Part shown: positions 50,201 to 64,000 of the stretch, piece by piece | Position numbering within the stretch: the first letter of the stretch is position 1 | How the letters are laid out: the number at the start of each line of letters is the position of its first letter | Assembly: GCA_043228905.1 (NCBI GenBank) | Contig: JBHGNT010000012.1 | Span: forward strand, 6,386,001-6,450,000 | Direction of reading: 5' to 3' | Source of the DNA: Azolla caroliniana | Lineage: Eukaryota > Plantae > Polypodiophyta | Length of the DNA stretch: 64,000 nt | Made by a program: the position numbers and the translations under genes | Notes under the pieces: model-generated | The model's database searches: none | What the model saw: the letters and a program-made list of their open reading frames with translations, nothing else | Told to the model about the DNA's origin: nothing

Positions 50201-52983
50201 CTCTCTCTTTGGTGAAAACACACAATTATATTAATAAATGTGTGTAAAAAACACTACTTACAATGGGTGTGACAATAGAATATGGTCACCCACTAGCTAC
50301 ACTACACTACACTACATGGGTAGTGGAACATGTTGAATTGCCAATAGGCAAGACGAACACTCCACTGAGGAAAGAATTTCCACTTGCTCCAATAAAGAAA
50401 ATTGCCACATTAGTACTCCCTTCAACTTTCGTAGATATGCTTTCACTTCATGTCTACCATCGAATACAAAAGCGTTGCGCATGTTCCAGTTATGACGCAA
50501 TCCCCAATATGTTAGAAATAGAAAAACGATCTCCATCTCTGATTTTGGGTCAACCTATAGGACCCTCCCTAGTTCCTGAATTACCTTGCCAAGTAGTCTC
50601 ACGAGTAGTGGGAAAACTATTACGTTACATATTCATTGATTTCCCCTTCGACTTGCCCTTAACCTGATGCCAATTTTTGTCAACAACATCACTACTAGCT
50701 CTATCCAACGGTTTTTTCCCCTTATCTATAGCCACTAAACTTTGTTTTTCCATATCCATAGATTGAGTTCCCTTATTCTTAGGGCCCAAACCTTGAAGCG
50801 AGACCTCTGTATAACCTGTTCTAGATGATGTTCCTTCATCCATGACAACCACAATATCTGACACACCAACAATTCTCCCAACTCCTTCCTTACCATTCCC
50901 TTCATTAGGAACCTCTATAGTTGAAGGACAATAACGATGGCATTCCACCATAAAGTGACCCCATTCACCACATCCAAAACAATGACATGCAAATGTCTCC
51001 CACTTCAATTTAAAACAATTTAAGTCTTTTCATACAAGGTGTGTTCATAAGCACCCATCCTGGCCTCTTACGGCTTGTATCCCATAACACACAAAATCTG
51101 CACTTATTTGTAGCATTTGCATGTGTAGATAACAAAACTTTACCCATTTGACTCATGAACTCTGGTAAAAGTGGCCATAAAAAAGCATGCTTACAATTCA
51201 CTGTTACCCAAATAGGGCATTCTTGTTTTAACAAAGCATGATAGCCATTGCATTACATGCACCAATCATTTATCAAAAAACATAGGAACTTTAGCCAACA
51301 ATGCACTTCGATGTTCCGGTGAACGAAATACTACATCATAAAACCCTCGTGGACCTGCGTATATAATTTCAACAGAATTTGGTGACACGATGTCGTGAAG
51401 TTGAGCGTGTGAATGGGGGTGTGCACGGATGCACACGAAACAGTTTTGATGTACCAATATGTGTAAATAGTATAGTGTTAGTTTAAGTGTTGATGAATAC
51501 TAGGTAGGAGTGATTTGATAGGTACTTTTGTGACCACACAAGTAGAGGAATAAAAGGGATTGATGGGAGGAAATCAAGGAGAGAATCGGGGGTTGAAATG
51601 TGGCTATCTTAACAGCCTGATGTAACAGTCTCTCCCTCCTCGAGCTATAAAAGGAGGAAGAGAAGATCGAGAGAGGGATCCATCATTTTGGAGGAGGAAG
51701 TGTTGTTGGACAGAGCTCTGCAGATTTCCGTCTTTCTATTCTTTGTTTCGGTTTTTGTCATCATGTTGTGAGGCCTCTGTTTCGCGTTGGTAGCCCGTGT
51801 GCTCTTGATCGGAGGCTTGTTAACGTCAATGTGCGTGACTGTGGAGAGTCTGAGGCTCTGTCACCGGTCGTGTCCTATTGTATTTTTGTTATTCCTAGCT
51901 AATAGATCATCTTGTTGCTATCTGGAAAACCTTGTGTCATTGGGTGTCATTCTCTATCTCTGCTACGCGCTTACCTTTGTTCCCTCCGCCAGAGTGCTTA
52001 GTTGGGGCCCCAGCCCGTGCGCTCATCTCCCGCTATCCGACTGTGGTTCCTAAACCATTTACACTTCTTGTTCTGAGCGCTCTTCATTCGACATCCGGAC
52101 TCTAGTCCGTAAACCGATCCGGATACCCCTAGACACCGATCCAGATAATCTCTCCTCCCTTACCGGCTCCTTGGTCCAAGACCCCGGTGGTTCCACCCAG
52201 TTTCTCACACACACAAGCAGAAAACCATAACAACGATTGTGTTCAACCATTGTTTAATCCAATTAATGTATGGGAGTTTCCCGATAAAAAATAATATAAC
52301 CGCACGGTCATAGAATACATAAAAAGATTGTAATATAGCCTTAGCATCAACTTCCACATCATGCACATCCTCATCAATGCATTCTTTCGCTTCATTTTCA
52401 TTTTCTTCCACAATATCAGACAACAAGGTATTGGCAAATCCCCATAAATGATCCCAATTACAATGATCCCTATCAACCTCATCTACATGTATTACTTTGG
52501 CATGTGTCAATTTTTTCTTATTGATTTCCTCAATACCCTTAAACCTCCTAGAGCTTCCAATGTCTTCCCTTTCACGATTACATTCAACCATCACATTACT
52601 CTTTTTTTTATCAATTGTTTCCATATGATGTCCCCACAATTTGTGAGGAATTCATCTTTATATCCATTATTCTTGATGTGATTTCGATCCGAGATAAAAA
52701 CAAATTTCCATGAACAAGAGAGACAACCGGAACTCGCCTGATCGAAGAGGTCAAAGATGATGAAGGCAATAGAAGACCCGCAATGTGTGTTGAGTATGTG
52801 GATGCCGACAACACAAGCTTCCTTATTTCTATCGTTGCTTCTCATACTTGCTATATGTCGTTACGAAGCTCTAATCGAGATCTTTCTAACTCTTATCTTT
52901 GTGCCCAATTCCGTTGCCGATAGAGAGCACAACAATAAAACAAATTCGCTTCTTCTTCTTCCCCTCTCCACTCTTGCTTTTTT
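50201..52983 (-). mobile_element. L1-type LINE copy 3: 5' end plus ORF1 joined to the last ~300 bp, nearly all ORF2 deleted; interrupted by a solo LTR
   Basis: 15-bp TSD TTACTCTCTCTCTCT (50186-50200 and 52984-52998). ORF1 pieces (VILFFIGKLP, GPRGFYDVVF, CPIWVTV, CFGCGEWGHFMVEC). 50560-50750 matches 1-190 and 50220-50556 matches 4482-4780. Confidence 0.9.
51391..52232 (+). mobile_element. Solo LTR (842 bp) in LINE copy 3
   Basis: TGTCGTGAAG...CATAACA, 4-bp TSD ACGA (51387-51390 and 52233-52236). Excision restores ORF1 WLNTIV|SPNSVE. CTATAAAAGG near 51645. Confidence 0.88.
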
Positions 52984-53892
52984 TTACTCTCTCTCTCTTC
53001 CATAAATAATGGCTTTCATAACCAAAGAAAAAACACTATCATGACTACTAGCTTAGAACAGAGTATGTATAAAACCCTTCAAGGGATCTAAATACTACTA
53101 CCACCTAGGAATTGGCAACGGTTCGGTTTAGGCTTAACCGGTTTGGGAGAAAACTACTATTAACATATTGAAATGTAGGTTAATTCCTTTTCAAGTATTT
53201 GTTAAATTGTTGAACTTTCCATTCACCCTTAATATTAACCTTTCCACCATGAATTGTACAACATAAACCAAACTCAACAACTCAATCCCGTTTACATATG
53301 GCTATCTTCTCTATTTTAATATCCCTATGAGCCATAATATTTCTAACCCAAAATATTGGCCATAAGCCATTGATATACAATAAACATAGTCATATGTAAT
53401 TTGTGGGGAATTACCCTTTATCAATTGGTCACGGTTAATGCCTGATAATATAAAGTGACCCTTAAGGTTTTGATGCTCGTATAGGAGGGCGAGAATTCTC
53501 TTGTAAAAAGGGTCTCTAGGTGCCACAACTTAGAGAATACAATGGTAAAAACTTAGATATTACTTTGCCCAATCTCACTTCTTTTGTAGTTACTACTAGC
53601 AAACTCAATTGATTTGAATCCAATATATTGTATTGGTTTGCTACACTTCCAAGTAAAAACATCTATATTGTACAAGTGCATTCTTTCAGAAAGAAAATAA
53701 GCTTTAAGGGCCCATTGCAGATCTAATTACGATAATCACTATGAAAACAAAGAAACTAGCACTTTGAGATGAAGTAGATTTTTTTAAAGTTGAATTCAAA
53801 ACCACATTGAAAATCCTCGCCAGAAAGAGGGATTATGACAAGATATTAACACTTGAAGAGGCAATAGACATTTTTAAGGTTGAATCCCAACC

Positions 53893-54472
53893 ACACTAAG
53901 AGTTGAAAACTATGATCACATCAATGTAGAATGATGAAAATCCTAGCCGAGAAGAATTAGGATCACGACAAGCACACACAACGTAAGCTATTGTTCTTGC
54001 ATTGGATACTGGGAGATGGAGTAACTTAGCACCATGGTTCTCCATTCTAACTCACTCCAATCAAATTGAGATTTACTCCAAATGTGTTACTATGTCATGA
54101 TTTCTCAATTTTCTAGATCTCTTCGACATTCCTCTAAAATAATTACATATATTTCCCTGCATTTGGATTGCATGCAGAATGGTCTACACTAAGAGTTGAA
54201 AACTGTCATCATGTCAATGTAGAATGATGAAAATCCTTGCCGAGAAGAATTGGGATCACAATAAGCGAACCAAGCATATGCTATTGTTCTTGCATTGGAT
54301 ACTAGGAGATGGAGTAACTTGGCGCCATGGTTTTCCTTTCTAACTCACTCCAATCAAATAGGGATTTACTGTTACTGTGTCATGATTTCTCAATTTTCAA
54401 GATCTCTTCAACATTCCTCTAAATTAATTATATACATTTCCCTGCATTTTGATTGCATGCAGAATGGTCTAC
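53893..54472. repeat. ~293-bp tandem duplication
   Basis: ACACTAAGAGTTGAAAACT...GCATGCAGAATGGTCTAC twice. Confidence 0.9.
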
Positions 54473-55501
54473 AGGAGGTTTTTACTATGTACAAAAGCAT
54501 GAAAATGCTATAAGAAAGTGCAGGAATAAAATTTGTATGCCTCAAATGTATTACTCTGTAGCTCTCCAAATTCAGTTGAAGACTGCCTCACCGGACAAGA
54601 GACTGTTTTAGGAAGCCAAAAACAGAAGAGTCATCCTTTAGTCTACAATATCCATGGGTTATAAGGAAAATTAATCTGCATCAGTTTTATACATTGAAGC
54701 ACCAGCTTTAAGGTTATGTGGTTAATTATATTCAGAACAAAATTTACAGACCATCAGAACTGAAGAGTATCAGCCATAACAGTGTGTATGCCTGTAAATA
54801 ACAAAGAAAACACATTTTTTATTGATACTATTAAACACACACACATATAAACCATCACAACTCACTAGCCCTGTATGGATCAATTGATTATGTGTCAATA
54901 ACCTCAATATTACATATAGTGACCAAACTGCAAAACTGTAACCTTCCAAATAACTGTCATTAGGTACCTATATCAATTACAACATGACAAAATTTCATTC
55001 TTTACATTTTACAAATTTCAGGTTCATAATTAATCTCCAAATGATCGACATTTCAGTTCATTGGAAAACCCTCTTTTAATACTTCGTAAACCCGGTATGT
55101 ATATTTCCGCTTATAGGAACACCCCATAGCCCAATAATGTATATCTCAGTCCAACTCCTTCGTGAACACCTCCTTAATTCAATAAGTATTCTATGCCTCA
55201 ACACATCACATTGGTCTGATCAAGTCGTTTATACTGTTGATATTGGCCCATTCATTGTGTTACTGTCTGAATGAAGACAGTTTTTATCTGGCACAATAAC
55301 CTACAATTTGATCAGAATGATGGGCAACCAAAGAACCTTTTGCTATCAACTTTGGTTGACTAATTCATTAGAATTGAACGCCAAGCTCAAGAAAGAACAC
55401 TAAGAACTTCATAACGAATATACAGTTTAATATGGTGAACTCATGAACTCGGCACATTAGGGATCTATATTAAGCTTGAGCAATGCACACAAATTTTGTG
55501 T

Positions 55502-58500
55502 TCATTGTGTTTTCAACTCCCTCTTCACTTCACACTTCTCATAGAAGAGAAGATATGCTTCACTGTTAAGAACGGCTTCCAATGTAGCTTTCCTAACACT
55601 TGAATCGGAAATATAATACCAAGATTCATTATCCACAGTATTCTCTAGGCGTGGACCTCTTACATATGCAATGTAATGACCACCCCTCATAGTGCCCCCA
55701 TGCTCAACTATACCAACCAGTCGATACATGAAATTGTTTGAATCAAGGCACCTGTAGAAACAGTTCCGGAATCTTATTAGGTGAGCAGTACAAAGATGTC
55801 ATTAAAATTTAGCACGTGATATATGTTGATAATTCCAAAAGAGTTTGCGAAAATCTGGGCTAGCCATTAATGACTTCTTTTTTTGCAATGCCAACTATTA
55901 TGTTTACCAAACTTATGAATCAAACTAATCGTGGTTGCAATGTGATGTACCCAAATAGGATGAGAGAAAACAAGTTAGCATGCATCAAATTGCCTACTTG
56001 GAATGTATTGACAACTACACAATTGATTGATGGAAGACCAAATATCCTTAGGAAAGTGAATTAACAAACATAACAAAAAAGAGCACAAAACCAAACTAAA
56101 AAACAAAGAAATGAACATGAATTACCTCCAGGAATCCCTGGTAGCAATGCCAAACTTTTCGCCTATTTTTGACAGTCAGACGGGGTTTGCAAGTCATTCG
56201 AAGCTATACGGTCATTTAGAGGATTTTAAGGTGATTCGTGAATAACAGTGGGAAAACCACAGAAAAGTGTCGTCATAAATCCCAACAAGATGCATACAAA
56301 AACCTAAATAATAGGGAATCACATGCAATTGTCAATGAGTAGAGTTTCCTTTTTGCTTCTAAACTAGACCCATGGCTCTCACAAAGCCAGAAATTATATG
56401 GATAGGGTCATGAGTTGACAAATGTGCACATGTATAGTTATATCACACCTCAAGTATTTATATACTTATGTACAATAATACAAGGACATGTGGGCCTATG
56501 GCTGGCCCATAATCAGTTCAGTAACCCAAGGCATGGAAATTTTCACATGTCTTAACGCTCAAGTTCCATGTTGAGAAACAATTTGAAACTGGTCATACAA
56601 TTTCATGACCGCCGAAATGGCATATATAGCCACACTGGGTGGGGAACTAAGGAAGACATAACACTTTTAAACTCTTAAAAAGTCCTTACAGGAAATATTA
56701 GACAGCACTCAGTGGTATCAATTCTGACATAAAATCCCCAAGTTTTCTTGGTCCATCAATGCAAGTAAATCTTTTTCAGTTGGGAAATTTTGGAAATGAT
56801 AGATATGCAATTTATGATTGACGCTTAACAGCTTGCTATGAGTTTTCCATTGGAACTCTTAGTTTGTTTCATTAGTGTAGATAAATGTACACCAGACTAA
56901 TACAAAATTAATAGACAATCTCTTGAAACCATGAGGAAGAATATAGTTTCCCTATGCTTAGAAACAGCCAGCCCCATGCATATAGCTTTGATTATCATAC
57001 AGAGGAATTTAGGCTGTAACAGCCCAAGCTATGCATTCATAAATGAGATCTAGTCCACATATGTTTCACCATGAGATAACTACTGGACCATATACATTGA
57101 TCAGTAGCTGCTTCTGACAAGCACGTTGTTCCTATCAATTCTGCCTGAGGGTAGAACACTTTGAGGATCTTTTTACCAGGGGAGCCAGCAGGATGGATGC
57201 TCCAACTGATCTGCTTACAAGTAAAAGCACAGCCAATAAAGGGGGTGAAGACTCGAAAATCAAAGGATAACCAGTTAAAGCAAATGGTACTGAACCATAA
57301 AGGAAAGGGCTACTTAGTGAGGGCACATGCATTCAGTCAACAAACTCGACTATGTGGAAAAAAATACCAGGATTAGTCGAAACGATTTTTGCACTAATCA
57401 ATAACAATTTTACGATCCTATGCCAGCAAAGAAAGGGAAGATTCAACCCTGTCAGGGGCATACCCTCTGTTGAAGATCTCCATGCAGAGTATCTCCCATG
57501 TTCAGCCTCTTTATATCAGCATCTAAACAGAGGAGAGACAAGACTTTCGTGCTCCAGCGAACCAGACTACCTGGTTGCGACCAGAGGAAGTCATGCACTC
57601 ACAGGGCTGCTGGGAATATGTCGATCAGTCTCTCCAATTTTGCATCATAACAGGAAGGAAGAATCACTGTGCACCAACAACATGAGCTACCTGGTTGCAA
57701 CAAGTATAGGTCAGGCAGCTGTCAACCTGCCAGGAGCATACTGGAGAAACAGAACCCACTGTGATCTGCAGTACTAAAGCCCATGTGATTGGACAAGGAT
57801 CTTCAATACAAAGTGAAAGCAGGAACCAGACCCTTTCATGAGATGGAAATAGAGGTCAGACCTATGCAATATATCAGACCACAAATGCAAGCTTAAAAGT
57901 CATCATTGGTGAGCGATTCTCATCACAATAAAATCCTGACAGACCAAAGGGCCCTATCCAGTCATGCAAATCTCAATGGGTAAGGAATGCCTACAAACCA
58001 GGATTCTAAGGCGAGACAGAGGCTTCAGAGGCACTACAGGAAGTCACCATCTGAGTGGCTGTGATGGTACAATTATGGCTTGCACACCCATATCTGTGAA
58101 CCAGGGGATGATCCAGATACTTGGGAAGAGCTAATCAGAAGATCTGCAAAGATATCCAAAAGAAACATGGATCTCCCAACCAGACTGGAAACGTTTATAG
58201 ATATATCCTTAAGAAGGAACGATTTCCCAGCCAATAGAAGCAGTAGGCTTATGTTTCATGATGCATCCAGAACCCCAAACCAAGTTGAGAGAAGAATTTA
58301 AGGGAAGCTAGAGGTAGTGAGGATTAATAAGAGTGGATAAGCTCAAGAAGAATGAATGAAATACCAGATTATTGTTTACAACAATCACAAGAATTTCACA
58401 TATTTCTAGAAAGCTTGAGTGTTAAGTTATTTGCATGAAAGGATTAATTCAAGAAATAAACCATAAAATTCCCACAGAGGAAGCTTTAAACTAGAAAAAA

Positions 58501-61500
58501 TGATGATAAGGACCACATTAAAGAGTTGCAGGATCTAATTTGATGTTGTGAATAGGTGCTGAGTGCAGAGACTGAGGAATCATTTCTCTCTGTAACACAG
58601 TGGAAGTAGACTTGTCGATGTATCAAGTGAACCTCGATAAGGCAAAATCCATTTCTCTGAAGTTTTGCACATGGTTCAACAAGCATTGGTTGGTGGCTTT
58701 ATCACTATGGCCGAAGCACTGCCCAGATCGAAGAGAAGGATAAAGGAACAGAGGAACGGAGTAACAACCTCCAGCAACAGAGACTCTGAATCCCAGGAGG
58801 CTAAATTCCAGCAGGAAAAGACTGGCAGAAGAACATGACCTACATGTGAGGAATGTGCATCTCCATAGCACAATCTCTCCTTAAGGAGGGACCCCGTGAT
58901 AGAACCCAATTCCTTGGGTGGGCCATAAACATCAGCTCCAACAACCAGAAACTTATTATTTCCAAGGCTTCACAACAAGAAACTCTCTGAACTCTTTGTC
59001 TTTGTTCGCATCCATGAGAAGTATCATAAAGTCGTTCCTCTCAAAAGATTGAAATGAGCACATAAGTTAACTATACTGACACCAGAAGCAGAGCAGGTAC
59101 TGGACAACTGAACACACGGGCAATATGCTAGGCAATTGTCTGACAATACAAGCAGAACCCTAACGTAGTCTGGTGGGAAACTTCTAACTCTCATTAGGAA
59201 GGGTGAGACCTAGAGGGGAGCAGCTCCACAATATAAACAAAAACCTCAGGTGATATCATGGTACAACTCTTTGCTCCCAAGAGGCAGAGTGGTACAAAGC
59301 AAATTTCAAGCAAAATCAGCCGAATGGAAAAAAAGAAGCTGCCCAAACAATGTGGTGCAGTACTAATGCCAATCATGACAGACCTGGAGCACATGTTTAT
59401 AATTTAGGGAAGTGTAAGCTGGTAAGCCACCCAGATGTGCCAAGAACTGTGAGTAGGAACACACAGAGCTGGAGGAACAAGTCCTAGGATCATGGATAGA
59501 CCATGATGTTTGCTTGACTGAACAAGAAAGAGCGAAAGCAAGGCAAAAGACATAAAAGATGCATGAGAATGGGTGCATGCACTCCAAAGGCAAAGCAATA
59601 TAGATGGATGAAAAAGTGGCAACACACGACCTATGATATTTCCTTGGCTGAACAATCAATTGTGAAAGATGGGCAAAGAATAGATAAGAAAGATCACACA
59701 AACTACTAAAAGAGACCCTATAGAAAGGTCATTAAGGAAGAGGAAAGAAGACGAATAATCAAGCAAAGTAGAAGGCATGTTTGTGTCAGACCAACCTTTC
59801 ACGGGGATAGATATATCAAAGGAATGATCACCCTTTCTAAAAAGGAGCACAGGAAACCTTAATGATAATAAGAATATGGTGTTGTGAAGCTTACTTTGTC
59901 AAATGTGAGCAAGTGAGATATATCTATATCTATCTATCTATCTATATATATTAGGTGCAGGTACCATCCCTCAGGGGAGCTCCACTATATGATGTAAGAG
60001 AAAGAAAGATATATTAACGTCTTTTAAGGGGCCAAAATGGCCTATAAGACCAAAAAAGAGATTACATCTTAAGTGTTATCTCGTCTTTGAGAACAACAAT
60101 GTGTAATCTCGCAAGACGGAGGAGTATATATTAGGATGAGCAGTATAATAAATCCATCTCTCTAATAAGCAACATTTTTTTCTAGCCAATATTTGAAGTA
60201 CAAGGACAGGTACGCCATGGGAGTCAAAACATTTCTTTATTTCTGTTAAAAATAACTGGTTTAAATTTAAGAGTTCCACAAATCTTTATAGCCAGGATTG
60301 TTGGGGAGAACACCCATCTGCAATATTTCAAACACTTGGAAGTATCCTATGTGAACAGAAAGATACAATTATTGATGATAAATTTGAAGGAGAACCCCTG
60401 AAATGCTCAAGTTTTTTTCTTTATTTTAACATTGTGTTACTTCCTCAAAAGCCTTGCTCAACCCCAAAGGGCAAGTATTGTACTCTTTGGCAGTTATTTG
60501 GTTAATTCATCCTCTTTCCTCGATGGCAAGGACGATTTATAGCGTTTTTCTCTCATCTAGGGATGACAAGGATATTTGGGGAAATAATGAAGATTAAGTG
60601 CATTTAAAAATAAATGATTCTAAATTGAAAACTTTATGGTTCTATGTTAGTTCTTTGATGCATAAGTGCCTTTAAATTATGAGTTTGTTAGTGCCACTAC
60701 AGACAATGACAAGAAATATCACATAATTTGTCACCTTCATCATGGAAAGATGACACAATTTATCATTTTAGATTGTTGGCAATCTCAAATACAAAGATGG
60801 AGAGTGCAATCTAACATACCTAGCATCAAGAAATGGCCGAAGATCTAGACACTCTGGGAAGGAAACATGACCATTAAGTTTGTTGAGTCGTCCTCGAATG
60901 TCCTGAGCAAATCTTTTCAAATGCACAGTCAAGATTGGTGGAGCCTTGCTTATTAACAGCCTTTTCGTCGCATCTCTCTTCAGTGGTTTCTCTGGTTCCT
61001 GCCGATTTCTGGTTTTGACCATTCCTCCTGTCTTTAATGGCAAGGATGTGCTTATAGATTCAAGTTCATTCTCATTATTCAGATCATTATTCCTTGAGGT
61101 AGAAGAATCAACTAGCACCAATGTGTGATGAAGCATAGTTTTGTCTTCCTTAAAACTTTGGCTACAATTTGAACTTTCTGGAACACATGAATCTCTCGTA
61201 TATGACCCATTGCTTTCATCATTATTTGGCATTGCGCTCCAATAATGTTCTAAAGACTTGGCATCTTTGTATGCCAGATTACCATGTTTCTTTTCTGAAA
61301 TGTCAAGGTTAGCCTTCCCATTACAACTCATTTCACTTGAAGATATGTCCCCATTTCCAAATTCCGGAACTTTCATGGATATGATCCCATTACGGCTACA
61401 ATCTTTCGCAACACAATTAGCCCCATTGCTATTTGCATTCAGATCCTTCAGCATTGTAAGTTCACTGGCATTCCCAGCATCTACATCTTCAGCTGAAAGA

Positions 61501-64000
61501 TTATTAGATAGAACCAATTGATTCATCCGTTGTGTGCATTTCTCACATTCCCAAGCATTCTCCCCACATAACAACTCAGTCTTAGTAAAATCCGCTAGAC
61601 AGCCCTCCAGAGACATGGGTGAAAAAGAATCCTCGAACTTAACTGAAGTTTTTGGTGTGACTATGGAATCATCCTCATCAAAAGTTGTGAGGTCTGTCTC
61701 CCAAGGCACATCATCAAGATTATTCTCGTCTATAATATCACATCCAGAAGTTTCTATATTTTGTTTGTTCATTGGAACACTCTCCTCTTCCTCAAAGAGT
61801 TGAAAAACTCCATCAAAATTGTCCCCTTCTTCCTCTAAGTCGATTCCTGACATCTTCAACGCATCCTCTGATAGAATAAGAGGCTCATAAGGCAGAAGAA
61901 GAACACCTGATGCTAACGGAAGCTGCTCATCTTCTTTCTCAAATGTATTTTCTATTATCTCTTTGTTCGAAGCTATTCCACATTTTTTGTCTGGTTTTTG
62001 TGATTCAACAACCAAACACTTCTGACTAACTTCAATATAATCGTGGGCATTTTGGCATCCCTGTAAAGAGCTTTCTGCAGATTGTATACCACTACCTACA
62101 AAATCCAACCATGCACAATCATCCACATTAGAGTTATCCACAAGAACACTTTCTGAAGATAGAAACCCTTTGCTTAATAAATCAGGTGGATTGGTAGAAA
62201 GGATTGGGATTTTCTTGTTCTCAACAAAGGGTATTTGACCTAGAGATTCCTTCTTCTGGATTTCTTTTGACTTTTTTGTATATTTTTGCATCAAACCCTT
62301 CTTAAGTTTTGGCCCTGGAGAAGTTGGAGTGGTAATACTTTTATTCTTTGAAGGCTGCCTCATGAGGATTTGCAAGGAAAGATCAATCATAGGTTCATAT
62401 ACGACTGATGAATGCCCACATTCCTGGCAACGAACAGTGCTACAAAGCTGTCCACCGAAGAAACTCTCCACAAATGTTGTAGTTTCTGTAATTGTACTTG
62501 AATTCTTTTCATCATTTTCCTTTTCCTTTTTAACATCATTAGGTCTTGAGAAATTAGTAACTTCATCACTTCGGGTTGCAATTGAAGCACCATTTTTAAC
62601 CCCATTTGAAGTTTCTTTCACTTTTGCATTGTGTTCTTCTGAATTCAAACCTTCCAGTAAGCATTTAAGGAGTTCATGACTATCCTGTTGCTGAAAACCC
62701 TTGAAGCGGGGTGCTTTTGTGCATATAGCACCAAAAAGAGACTTTGGATTACAAACACCATTATTTTCCCATGAATTGTTTCCACTCTTTTTGAGACCAC
62801 TTTCATTGCCTGAGGCATCTACACTGCTCTCTGAATTTGTTTCCAAATATAACTTTCTCAACGAGGATACAAGTGGTCCTTCAAAATCAAGCACTTGTTG
62901 AGTAAAATAGTCCCTAAGCATATCCAATGCCAAGATATTCTGCATAACTGAGTTGAAAAAACATGTGTTCCCCAAATTCATCATGCCTCTTATTAGCCTC
63001 CTCCTTGGCGAACCTACACATTTAATTATACTGGAAGAACAAGTTGATCTAAGTGAATCCGTAGAGTTTCCTTGTGCAATATACCCCGTATTAACCATTG
63101 ATGACGATGCTGGTATCCCCTTTTTTCCAGGGTCTTTTGACAATCCAGTTTCCTCTCTCAACTTTTCATGCACAATTTTCACTGCTTCTTGCAGAGAAGT
63201 GATGTGAGTTGAACTAGAAGATGCATCATAACATGATGATATCGATTCCTGAAAAGAATATTCCAAGGCCATATTGCACATAAAACACCAGCATACAAGA
63301 CTTTCATTTACTTGCAATGCGATAGGATGCTTTGAAAAGAAACAATGCTTCCATACATGTCCAGAAGGAGCTTTCTCCTTCTCATTTTCAGTAGCTTCTT
63401 GCATGAAAGAACATTTCTTCGTATCATTTATAACACATCCTTGCTCAAATAGACTTTTTTTCTCCTCACTCGAGACATGTTCTATCTCTATGTCCTCATC
63501 ATCATCACTCGAACCATTACTCTGATGAAGAGAAGATGAAAGATTTCCACACAAAATCCGCCCACATGCCAAACAAATCCATTTGTTTTCTTGATTTCCA
63601 GAGCTTTCCAATATCGTTTTCCTGCTTGATTTTCCTTTCTTCTTCTTATTCTTATTCTTCTTCCCTCCAATTCCTTTTCCATCTTTAACACAATCTTTGC
63701 AGTTAGAAAAACTAATGTTTGCCTTAGAAAGTTTGGAAGAGATCTCATTGAGATGGATTCCTCTCTCAAGGTGTCTGCAAACTTTCACAGCTGAAGAAGA
63801 AGCTTCTTTTCTGAGAAGAGATGATTTTTGAGAAGAAGAAACATCTTTTTCTTCTTTTCCATCAACTTCTCTAGCCGATGACGGTTCTATATAAACATCA
63901 GTCTTACATAAAACTGGGTCTTTCTTTGGATCAAGAGCAGAGGAGGAGGAAGAAGAAGGTGATGTGAGGTTTGCTGTTGTTGATGTTGATGATGGGGATG
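55502..64000 (-). CDS. UBP1/UBP2: Ubiquitin-specific protease with N-terminal zf-UBP (UBP1/UBP2, USP16/45-like); 5' end lies beyond the window
   Basis: Large exon >64000-60820 (frame open to the window edge) spliced in phase 2 to 55751-55502. zf-UBP (C.HL..WICLACG..CG..GHVWKH..WCFMC), Cys box GMMNLGNTCFFNSVMQ, QQDSHELL, HLKRF, His box EHGGTMRGGHYIAYVR, WYYISD. Confidence 0.95.
56500..59850 (-). mobile_element. Very old LINE remnant filling the UBP intron
   Basis: Minus-strand relics LIDIFPAA..HDFLW (~57630-57575), *QG*IFP (RQGCxLSP-like, ~57450) and an LLxAD-like segment (~57215), in RT order. Boundaries are uncertain. Confidence 0.45.
59993..60098 (-). repeat. Short solo LTR (106 bp), copia-type
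   Basis: TGTAAG...AACAACA termini; homologous to 48639-48741 and to the LTR at 46160-46323. No TSD seen. Confidence 0.65.

Noticed and set aside
51391-52232. tRNA-like module in this solo LTR (and in 30196-30621 and the short copia LTRs)
   Set aside because: Looked for and not found, so the pattern is not universal among LTRs in this window.
60768-60819. C-terminus of the listed 1006-aa ORF
   Set aside because: Read-through into the intron; the His box is in the exon at 55751-55502.
60946-63525. Series of + strand ORFs opposite UBP (similarly opposite CPN60A, R3H and gag)
   Set aside because: Antisense shadows of real coding sequence with no independent motifs.

Overview
Eukaryotic land-plant nuclear DNA. 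It is probably a non-seed plant such as a fern, which I infer only from the TE families and gene structures. Five intron-containing host genes can be reconstructed exon by exon: a PME31-type pectin methylesterase (-), plastid chaperonin 60 alpha (-), an R3H/SUZ RNA-binding protein (+), Mediator subunit MED11 (-, with a GC-AG intron) and a UBP1/UBP2-type ubiquitin protease (-, 5' end outside the window). The rest is nested, decayed transposons. These include three L1-type LINE copies each interrupted by an LTR insertion, a non-autonomous tRNA-Trp-primed LTR element, a Tf1/Tcn1-like chromovirus remnant, Ty1/copia and Ty3/gypsy fragments, solo LTRs, MITEs, tandem duplications and microsatellites. 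The most striking unexplained pattern is that three apparently unrelated LTR families each carry a tRNA-like A-box/B-box (Pol III promoter) module in U3. In all three it is antisense to the element and points outward. All calls were made by eye, with no alignment or database search.
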